Below are positions 56,314 through 64,000 of a DNA stretch of 64,000 nucleotides, one piece after another; the first letter of the stretch is position 1; each line of letters begins with the position of its first letter. A program made the position numbers and the translations under genes. The notes beneath the pieces were generated by a model. The model worked only from the letters and a program-made list of their open reading frames with translations. It was not told the DNA's origin and ran no database searches. Source of the DNA: a virus; IMG/VR virus record IMGVR_UViG_3300027974_000021; one strand, 5' to 3'.

Positions 56314-59300
56314 ATGCCAACACAATTACAATTACGAAGAGGGACAACAAACCAACATAACACATTTACAGGTGTTGTTGGTGAAGTCACAATTAATACT
56401 ACAAAGAAAACAGCAGTCGTACATGATGGATCAACAGCAGGTGGTCTTGAATTACTTCGTGCTGATATGTCAAACGTATTCGCTTCAGCAACTCCAACAA
56501 TCACTTCTTTAAACACATCAGGTGACGTATCTGTAGGTGGTAATTTAACTGTCACTGGTACAACTACATTTAATGGTGGCACTATCACTATGGGTGATGC
56601 TGACACTGATAACGTTGTATTTGGTGCTGATGTAAATTCAAATATATTACCAAATACTGATAACACATACGCATTAGGTAGTTCATCTAAAAAATGGTCA
56701 GACGTTAGATCAGTTTTATTAACTACAACAGGTAATGCTACAATCGGTGGTGATGTAGCTGTCAATGGTGGCGATCTAACAACTTCTCAAACAACTTTCA
56801 ATTTATTAAACACAACAGCAACTACTTTAAACGTAGGTGGTGCAGCCACAACATTAGAAATTGGTGCTGCCACTGGTACAACTAACATCAATAACAACTT
56901 AGACGTAGATGGCGATGTTAACATTGATGGTGGTGACTTAACAGTATCAACTACTACATTTAATCTTGCTAATACAACTGCCACAACATTGAACGTTGGT
57001 GGTGCTGCTACATCTTTAAATCTTGGTGCTGGAACAGGTACTACAACAGTTAATAATAATTTAACAGTCACAGGTAATCTTACTGTTTCTGGTACAACAA
57101 CTACAGTAGATTCAACAACAATTAATGTTCAAAATGCTTTCGTATTTGAAGGTGCAACTGCTGATGGTTTTGAAACAACTTTAACAACAGTTGATCCAAC
57201 AGCAGACAGAACACTTTCTCTTCCAGACGCAACTGATACTTTAGTTGGTCGAGCAACAACAGACACATTATCAAATAAAACTTTTACTCTTGCTCAAAGT
57301 GGTGGTACAAGTGCATATGCAACTAAAAGAGTTTTACAATACAACGAAGGAACTGGAGTAATTACATATAGTAATAAATTAGATGCTGTAAGCCCATACA
57401 TTACAGGATATGGTTCAGAAATTCACGTTAGTCCAGTTGCTCTTGATAACACAGGTAATGGAACCATTGGCGATCCAGTTAAAACAATTGCTAAAGCATT
57501 AGAATTAGCTGCACTTGCTTTCGAAACAACTACTGCTGGCTCAAGAAAAACAATTATTCTACATCCAGGAGATTATGCAGAAAATGTCACACTTGATACT
57601 CAATATATTGTTTTAACCACACACGAGGCAATAGGCAAAAATACAACTCTTTCTGGCACATTAACTATTTCAAAAGGTTGTACTGTTAATGGACTGAAGA
57701 TGACAAATCTTATTATTTCAGCAACTTCAGCAACAGGCTCAGTTGATATTATTAATTGTACAGTGACAACAGCAACTACAAAAACATCAAGTGCATATAC
57801 AAATTTTAGATTATGCGATTTATCTTCATCTACATTAAGTATTACTGGTGCTGGCTCAGTCGTGCTGAATGGTGGTAATTATGGTACTGTCACTGTAAAT
57901 AATGCTTCTGCTGCAGTTTTGGCTAAAGCAGTTATTACAATGGCACCAGTGACTTTAACAGCAGGAACATTACAAATTGCTGACACAGTTATCTACTCTG
58001 CTACTAATACATCTAATGCTATAACACAAAGTGCTGGATCATTTTTAACATTAAACAATTGTCAAACATTAATACCTGATTTAACAAACGTAGCAAGAAA
58101 TAGTTTTGGTGGATATTATTCTATTCTTCATTCTGTTTATGATAAAGCAAACTCTACATTCGGTGGAACATCATTATCAGCAGTTTCATATAGTCAGTAT
58201 GTTAATGCTGATAGATTAACTCTAAATGGATCAACATCTGGTGCTACTATAATTAACGCAACTGCTTCTGCAGGAACTACTACATTAACACTTCCAGCTG
58301 CAACTGACACTTTAGTTGGAAAAGCTACAACAGACACATTGACCAACAAGACCATCGACGCCAACGGCACGGGCAATTCCATTTCAAACATAGAAGTGGC
58401 GGACTTTGCCGCTGGAGTTATCGACACTGACCTTGCCTCGGTGTCCGCGAGCGATGACACATTGCCCTCTGCCAAGGCAGTCAAGGCCTACATCGACGCA
58501 CAGAACACAGCACAAGCGATTACATTTGTTGGAGATGACTCAACAGGAACCTCAGTAAACTCTGGAGAGATATTCAAGATAGCGGGCACAAGCAACATCA
58601 CAACTGCAGTATCAGGAGATACTTTAACCATCACAGGACCAAATTTAAGTGCATATCTAACCAATTCCACAATCACAGTGGTAGGTGATGACTCCACAGG
58701 CACCACTCTTAATTCAGGAGAAACATTCAAAATTGCTGGTACTCAGAACATAACCACAGCAGTGTCTGGAGACACTTTAACTATCACAGGTCCCAATCTG
58801 TCAGGTTATCTAACTGCTGTACCTAAAATTATTGACATCAATGAGATATCATCATCTGATTCATCTGCCATACAGATCAATGATGCTGTAAACATTGCTG
58901 GTGCATTGAGTGTGAGTGGCAATGTTATTTCAAATGTACAAAATCCAATAGCGGATCAAGATGCTGCAACCAAGAATTATGTGGATAATCAAATTTCTGG
59001 TGTGTCCACTTCATTCTATGTGGAAGATGGTACATCTACTATTGCCACAATAGACTCAGGAGACACTCTAAGAATCATTGGATCAGGCGGAATTACCACA
59101 GCAGTATCAGGAGATACCCTAACTATTACTGGTGCTAATCAAGCACAGGGTATTACATTCTTTGATTCTGCTTCTACAAGTACAGCAATACCCGATGGAG
59201 GCGCCCTACAAATTACCAGCGGAGAGGGTATCAGCACTTCTATCCTAGGAAATGTGATAACTATAACAAATACTTCGACGCAGCTGGAAATTGATGGCGG

Positions 59301-59361
59301 CAGTGCTTATTCAATATACAATGCCATTTCTGAAGCGTTGATAGACGGAGGAACTGCTTAA
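56314..59361 (+). CDS. Mosaic tail fibre protein (Mtd-N-like start)
   Basis: QLQLRRGTT..FTGVVGEVT..VVHDG; internal repeats; composition break near 58340. Confidence 0.8.
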   Translation: MPTQLQLRRGTTNQHNTFTGVVGEVTINTTKKTAVVHDGSTAGGLELLRADMSNVFASATPTITSLNTSGDVSVGGNLTVTGTTTFNGGTITMGDADTDNVVFGADVNSNILPNTDNTYALGSSSKKWSDVRSVLLTTTGNATIGGDVAVNGGDLTTSQTTFNLLNTTATTLNVGGAATTLEIGAATGTTNINNNLDVDGDVNIDGGDLTVSTTTFNLANTTATTLNVGGAATSLNLGAGTGTTTVNNNLTVTGNLTVSGTTTTVDSTTINVQNAFVFEGATADGFETTLTTVDPTADRTLSLPDATDTLVGRATTDTLSNKTFTLAQSGGTSAYATKRVLQYNEGTGVITYSNKLDAVSPYITGYGSEIHVSPVALDNTGNGTIGDPVKTIAKALELAALAFETTTAGSRKTIILHPGDYAENVTLDTQYIVLTTHEAIGKNTTLSGTLTISKGCTVNGLKMTNLIISATSATGSVDIINCTVTTATTKTSSAYTNFRLCDLSSSTLSITGAGSVVLNGGNYGTVTVNNASAAVLAKAVITMAPVTLTAGTLQIADTVIYSATNTSNAITQSAGSFLTLNNCQTLIPDLTNVARNSFGGYYSILHSVYDKANSTFGGTSLSAVSYSQYVNADRLTLNGSTSGATIINATASAGTTTLTLPAATDTLVGKATTDTLTNKTIDANGTGNSISNIEVADFAAGVIDTDLASVSASDDTLPSAKAVKAYIDAQNTAQAITFVGDDSTGTSVNSGEIFKIAGTSNITTAVSGDTLTITGPNLSAYLTNSTITVVGDDSTGTTLNSGETFKIAGTQNITTAVSGDTLTITGPNLSGYLTAVPKIIDINEISSSDSSAIQINDAVNIAGALSVSGNVISNVQNPIADQDAATKNYVDNQISGVSTSFYVEDGTSTIATIDSGDTLRIIGSGGITTAVSGDTLTITGANQAQGITFFDSASTSTAIPDGGALQITSGEGISTSILGNVITITNTSTQLEIDGGSAYSIYNAISEALIDGGTA
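56767..57062 (+). repeat. Two imperfect tandem copies (period 162 bp) of GGDLT..TTFNL.NTTATTLNVGGAAT..NNNL
   Basis: Copies start at 56767 and 56929. Confidence 0.8.
58519..58812 (+). repeat. Two tandem copies (period 153 bp) of IT.VGDDSTGT..NSGE.FKIAGT.NITTAVSGDTLTITGPNLS.YLT
   Basis: GDD codons at 58531 and 58684; more diverged copies near 59020, 59150, 59525, 59660 and 61545. Confidence 0.85.
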
Positions 59362-59362
59362 C

Positions 59363-60973
59363 ATGGCACAGATTAGACTACGCAGAGATCAATCAGCGAA
59401 CTGGACATCACAGAATCCCACTCTAGCAGCCGGAGAAGCTGGATTTGAATTAGATACTCGCCGAATCAAAATTGGTGATGGTGTCACAGCATGGAATGCT
59501 TTGGCCTACGTAAGAACAGAATTCACAATAGCAGATGATGATTCTACCTCAGAATCATTTTATTCGGGACGAACACTTAATATAAAAGGCTCAGGAATTG
59601 TTACTACGTCACTGGTAGATGACACACTGACTATCGGTGCTACTAGTCCTGCACAAGGTATCACATTCGTAGGCGATGATTCCACTGGCATAAGAATTTC
59701 TGATGGAGAGACAATAAAGATTGCTGGAGGCACAGGCATCAGTACATCAATGTCATCAGATTCCACTGGTGACGTATTGGTTATCAGTGCTGACGGAACC
59801 ACTGCAGTGGCCAATGTGCTGTACGTTTCCAAGAGTGGATCAGACAGCAACAACGGTCAAACTCTAGCCACATCATTCTTAACTATCAAAGCAGCTCTAG
59901 CAGTGGCCACAGCAGGAACCACAGTGTTTGTTAAGAGCGGAGATTACACAGAAGCCAACCCAGTGACCATACCTGCAAACGTATCACTGGTGGGAGACAA
60001 TCTAAGAACCACCACAGTGAGACCACTCACTACTAATGCTGATTTATTCTATATCAATAATAGATGTTATGTGACAGGATTTACTTTTAGAAGCCATGTG
60101 TCGCCAGCAGCAGCATTTGCATTCAATCCTAACGGATCAGCAGGCACCATTACAACCAGTCCTTATGTGCAGAACTGTTCCAGTATCACAACCACAGGAA
60201 CAGGTATGAGGATTGATGGTTCGCATGCTGCAGGATTAAAATCCATGGTGTTAGATGCTTATACACAATTCAATGAAGGTGGTCGAGGTGTACATATTTT
60301 AAACAATGGTTATGCACAGCTGGTGAGTTTGTTCACTATCTGTTGCAACGTTGGTGTACTCTGCGAATCTGGAGGACAGTGTTCTATCACCAACTCCAAC
60401 ACATCTTTCGGTACATATGGATTGAAAGCAGATGGTGTAGGTTCGGCTTTATTCACAGGATTGACCAACGGTGCCAATCAAAGCGGAACTACTATTATTA
60501 TTGATGGATTGTCTACCAATAAACCAGCAGTGAATGACGTGGTGAAATTTGATGGCGATAATAATTATTATACAATTGTTTCTTCCTCTGGTCCTGACAG
60601 CAACGGAGAATCCACAGTAGTATTATTGGAGACTGTAGTAAATGTAATACCTAACAATACTACAGCAACATTCTATAAAAGAAGTTTAATATCTGCTCTA
60701 GGACACACATTTGAATATGTAGGTTCTGGAGATACTTTAACCACAGCTCTACCATCAGGGGGTGGAGTACCTATACAGGCAAATGAAACAGTTTCAGTAA
60801 ACAGTGGACAGGTTTATTACACCAGCACGGATCACTTGGGTGATTTTAGAATTGGTGATGACTTGTTGTTCAATAGAGCAACAGGAACAATAACAGGAAG
60901 GACGTTTAGCCGAAGTTTATTTGCGGTTCTAACTCCTTACATATTAGCCCTAGAGGGTTCATTAAACAACTAA
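59363..60973 (+). CDS. Fibre/spike protein: hyaluronidase-type N-terminal domain plus pectin-lyase-like beta-helix
   Basis: IRLRRD..NWTSQNPTLAAGEAGFELDT..KIGDG; LYVSKSGSDSNNG, GDNLRTT, SPYVQNCSS. Confidence 0.75.
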   Translation: MAQIRLRRDQSANWTSQNPTLAAGEAGFELDTRRIKIGDGVTAWNALAYVRTEFTIADDDSTSESFYSGRTLNIKGSGIVTTSLVDDTLTIGATSPAQGITFVGDDSTGIRISDGETIKIAGGTGISTSMSSDSTGDVLVISADGTTAVANVLYVSKSGSDSNNGQTLATSFLTIKAALAVATAGTTVFVKSGDYTEANPVTIPANVSLVGDNLRTTTVRPLTTNADLFYINNRCYVTGFTFRSHVSPAAAFAFNPNGSAGTITTSPYVQNCSSITTTGTGMRIDGSHAAGLKSMVLDAYTQFNEGGRGVHILNNGYAQLVSLFTICCNVGVLCESGGQCSITNSNTSFGTYGLKADGVGSALFTGLTNGANQSGTTIIIDGLSTNKPAVNDVVKFDGDNNYYTIVSSSGPDSNGESTVVLLETVVNVIPNNTTATFYKRSLISALGHTFEYVGSGDTLTTALPSGGGVPIQANETVSVNSGQVYYTSTDHLGDFRIGDDLLFNRATGTITGRTFSRSLFAVLTPYILALEGSLNN

Positions 60974-60991
60974 AGGAGAGGAGGATAAAAA

Positions 60992-61327
60992 ATGGCATTG
61001 GCATTGAACGTATTCAGAACAGTAACAGCAGAATTTACAACTGCAACTGCGACTGTTTATACAGCACCGGTATCATACACAGGTATCGTACTGTTGGCAC
61101 AGATCGCTAACGTGACTGGTACATCTGGTACGGTAACAGTTAGTGTGACAGATCCAACATCTACAACAACCGAATTATTGAAAGATTTTGCTATACCTGC
61201 AAATGATGCAGCATCAGCAATATCTGGAAAATTAGTTATACAGACCGGCTGTGAATTAAAAATTTCAGCAAGTGCAAACAGTAAATTCAAACTTACTTTG
61301 AGTATACTAGAAAGCGCGAACGAATAA
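60992..61327 (+). CDS. Small beta-rich virion/adaptor protein
   Basis: GAGGAGG SD; paralog of 42921..43244. Confidence 0.7.
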   Translation: MALALNVFRTVTAEFTTATATVYTAPVSYTGIVLLAQIANVTGTSGTVTVSVTDPTSTTTELLKDFAIPANDAASAISGKLVIQTGCELKISASANSKFKLTLSILESANE

Positions 61328-61339
61328 TAAAGGAAAAGA

Positions 61340-64000
61340 ATGAGTAGTGGAAGAATAAAGAGCGGCAAAGTAAAAAAGATTGCACCTACAGCGGTATCCG
61401 CGGATAGGTATAATTTTATACAGTTGTCAGAAACAGAACCAGATCTAGGCGTACCTGCAGCAACGGGGTATGTACTAACCAGCGACACGACTGGAACTAG
61501 ATCTTGGGTTACGGCTGCTTCAACTCTGGAAACTTCTCCTATTACTTTCGTAGGCGATGACAGCACAGGCACTGGTGTTAATCTTGGAGAGACATTTAAA
61601 TTCAAAGGTGGAAACAACATCACCACTGCAGTGATTGGAGATGAGTTAACCATCTCTGTTAGTAAAAATTTAGATGTCAATGAATTATCCAGCTCAGACA
61701 GCACAGCCATTCAGATCAACGATGCTGTAAATGTGTCTGGAAACCTAACTGCCTACACTTTTAATACCGAAGGATTATTGATTTATCGTAATAATATTTC
61801 AGCCATTCGTTCCAATGATAATCTTGTTTTAAAGGCCAGTGCTTCGGGTAGAGTTTATGTTGAAGGCAACCTAGAAGTAACTGGTACTGCTTATCTAAAC
61901 AATGTAACCACAACTGGCACTGCCACTCTGCCTACCTTAGTAACCAACACAATATCCAGTGATGATTCAACCACAATATTAATTGATGATTCTGTGAATG
62001 TAACTGGATCAGTAAAAGTGGGCAACACATTGACAGTTAGTAATGCTGTTATTAATAGAATTGTAACCGATGATTCTAGTAATATCAACATTAATGGTGC
62101 TCCGGTTAATTTTGCAGCTGGTGGAGAAGTTTTATATAAAGAAACTGCATATCTATCAGATCTTGCTGATGTGGACGTAGAAAATCCACAGCTGGATCAA
62201 TTCTTAAGATACAACGGCACCCAGTGGGTGAACGGATCAGGTGCTGCAGTTTCTGCAGGTGTGGGAGTTTCTTTCTATCTCACAGATCCTACAATCACTG
62301 CCACAGGTGCTAACAATAATAACGAAATTATCACCATGCAGAACTTTCCTGGCACTGCAGGAGAACAGACAGTTTCTAAAGCCATCAACAACACCACAGA
62401 TATATTGGCAGCTTTCGTTATTACTTCTGCTCTAAACAGAACAGCCATTGATGCAGGTAACTGGTCATTCATTAACCATGCTTATGTGGACAGCAGTTCA
62501 GGCACAACCACTATTGCGAACTACATATACAAAGCAGTGCCTTTCGTAACCGGCACAGTGACCATCACAGGCACAGGCACATCACGCACTGCCACAGCGT
62601 CCGCAGGCACGCCATTTGCTACCGCAGCTATCGATGCTTCAGCCACCAATACCACAGCTTCATATCTACAAACACCACAGGGTCTGTATCAGATCACTGC
62701 TCGATCGTCCGACACAGTGGTCACTATCACCACTCCATCGGGCTACACCAATGAGTCAGCTGTGGCTGGTACTGTGTGGAAGAAATTATTTGCTTCTAAT
62801 ACATCACCTGTGCTTAATTCCACTGTGGCTGCCAACTACAACACAGAATCCACACAACCTTTATACTCTATCACTGCTGCTACAAAATTAGCCATGATCG
62901 TGTTTGGTACCACAAGTAATTCTAGAACACTGACCTACGTGTATGATGGCCAAGACAATGCTTCATTGGTGGTGTCTCCTCTGTCACTGTTACACGACAG
63001 TTTGGCTGGTCTACAAGGTGGCACATCAGGAGAATTCTACCACTTAACATCCGCAGAATACACTGGTACAGGCACAGGCAACTTTGTGCGAGCATCTGCT
63101 CCTACCATCACAAATCCTTCAGTATCAGGCACACTAAATGTTAACACAATTAATTCTACAGATTCTACTGCCATACAAATCACAGATGGTGTGAACATAT
63201 CTGGTACTCTAAATGCCAAAACTCTAGTAACCACGAACATCAGTTCAGAAGATTCTACCGCTATACAAGTCACTGGTGGTATCAATGTGACAGGTTCCGT
63301 GAGATTGGGTGGATTACAATATCCAGTCACAAATGGAGAACTGGGACAGGTATTGAGCAGCTCTGGCACAGGCTCTGTGGACTGGGCAACATTGACCGGT
63401 GGTGGTGGATCTAACGTAGCAGCAGATTCAGTTACATTCACAGGATTCGGCAGCAACAATATTGTTATATCAGATCCCAACATATCTGTGGATCTAGCAG
63501 GAGTGGTTATATATGGTGCTGTGGATGACTCTCAGGCCATTGGAACCTCTCCAGGTACATTTGACTCATGGAGTGCCAATGATTATGACAGTGCATTCTA
63601 TATTGCTGCTACACTGAACAACACAGCAGTGGAATATGGCACTGCTTCTATATCTGTGGCAACCAATGGATCAGATGCTTTTGTTTCATCAGGTGGAGTG
63701 GTTTCAACAGGCAACACAGGTCAACTGACCTACTCAGCAGGATATGTTTCTCCCACTGTTACTTTATCCGGCACAGGCACAACTGCCAACAACACTGCCA
63801 GCTATCTAAGAATAAATCTAGGAGATGACACTGCTACATCTGCTACTACATCTGCAGCCATGGCAGTGGTCAATAGTATAACAGTTTCTGCTAGCACAGT
63901 GACCAACAACACATCTGTGGGAGATTCTGTGGGTATAACCACAGTGGCAAAAATTGCGGATCAGTTCACAGGTACCAGCGTAGACAGTACTGTTGCCTAT
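61340..64000 (+). CDS. Large fibre protein, truncated by the window end (absent from the ORF track because no stop is reached)
   Basis: AAGGA SD, ATG 61340, MSSGRIKSGKVKK...EPDLGVP; GDDSTG and SSxDSTAIQI repeats; frame appears open to 64000. Confidence 0.8.
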   Translation, partial: MSSGRIKSGKVKKIAPTAVSADRYNFIQLSETEPDLGVPAATGYVLTSDTTGTRSWVTAASTLETSPITFVGDDSTGTGVNLGETFKFKGGNNITTAVIGDELTISVSKNLDVNELSSSDSTAIQINDAVNVSGNLTAYTFNTEGLLIYRNNISAIRSNDNLVLKASASGRVYVEGNLEVTGTAYLNNVTTTGTATLPTLVTNTISSDDSTTILIDDSVNVTGSVKVGNTLTVSNAVINRIVTDDSSNININGAPVNFAAGGEVLYKETAYLSDLADVDVENPQLDQFLRYNGTQWVNGSGAAVSAGVGVSFYLTDPTITATGANNNNEIITMQNFPGTAGEQTVSKAINNTTDILAAFVITSALNRTAIDAGNWSFINHAYVDSSSGTTTIANYIYKAVPFVTGTVTITGTGTSRTATASAGTPFATAAIDASATNTTASYLQTPQGLYQITARSSDTVVTITTPSGYTNESAVAGTVWKKLFASNTSPVLNSTVAANYNTESTQPLYSITAATKLAMIVFGTTSNSRTLTYVYDGQDNASLVVSPLSLLHDSLAGLQGGTSGEFYHLTSAEYTGTGTGNFVRASAPTITNPSVSGTLNVNTINSTDSTAIQITDGVNISGTLNAKTLVTTNISSEDSTAIQVTGGINVTGSVRLGGLQYPVTNGELGQVLSSSGTGSVDWATLTGGGGSNVAADSVTFTGFGSNNIVISDPNISVDLAGVVIYGAVDDSQAIGTSPGTFDSWSANDYDSAFYIAATLNNTAVEYGTASISVATNGSDAFVSSGGVVSTGNTGQLTYSAGYVSPTVTLSGTGTTANNTASYLRINLGDDTATSATTSAAMAVVNSITVSASTVTNNTSVGDSVGITTVAKIADQFTGTSVDSTVAY

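Noticed and set aside
1-58340. Avoidance of GANTC or GATC
   Set aside because: Both occur frequently throughout, so the depletion is specific to other motifs.
56314-59361. Mtd-like N-terminus suggesting a diversity-generating retroelement
   Set aside because: No reverse transcriptase and no TR/VR pair differing only at adenines; the repeats are in-frame protein repeats with synonymous differences.
1-64000. Stop-codon reassignment
   Set aside because: Core genes are full length in the standard code; TGA and TAG end genes at expected places (e.g. 292, 7843); no suppressor tRNA seen.

Overview
AT-rich segment of a large T4-like myophage genome. The gene content (bS21, FabF, SpeD-like decarboxylase, many 2OG-Fe(II) oxygenases, cyanophage/pelagimyophage-type gp32, gp33, gp16, gp26 and VrlC-like protein) resembles aquatic T4-like phages; the host is not provable from this window. 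Layout: 1-10.4 kb is an accessory metabolic and lysis region, with a tightly coupled FabF / SpeD-like / amidinotransferase / five tandem AspH-LpxO-type hydroxylase cluster, a GH19 endolysin, an exonuclease and a class III aminotransferase. 10.5-17.1 kb is an early region with TTTAC(T/A)-N17-TATAAT promoters, bS21, a SleB-like hydrolase, tRNA-Val(GAC), tRNA-Thr(TGT), small ORFs, gp33 and gp32. 17.1-22.7 kb is a minus-strand block (gp4, gp2, gp54, gp16, gp26, gp51, tape-measure-like, HAD). 22.7-64 kb holds baseplate genes (gp48, 53, hub, 5, PAAR, 25, 6, 7, 8), giant virion proteins and a tail-fibre array. Highlights: (1) the BGC-like hydroxylase/amidinotransferase cluster; (2) apparent complete avoidance of GTWAC (also GGCC and CCGG) left of ~58.3 kb, which forces Val-Thr into GTC/GTG-ACN and coincides with the two encoded tRNAs; (3) a sharp compositional break inside a fibre gene, after which the avoided sites reappear; (4) a U8 slippery site that would fuse gp26 to gp51 by -1 frameshift just upstream of the tape-measure-like gene; (5) an H-type pseudoknot resembling the SAM-II/V fold; (6) a gp5 with a split, apparently dead lysozyme plus a C-terminal M15 peptidase. 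All motif scans were done by eye.
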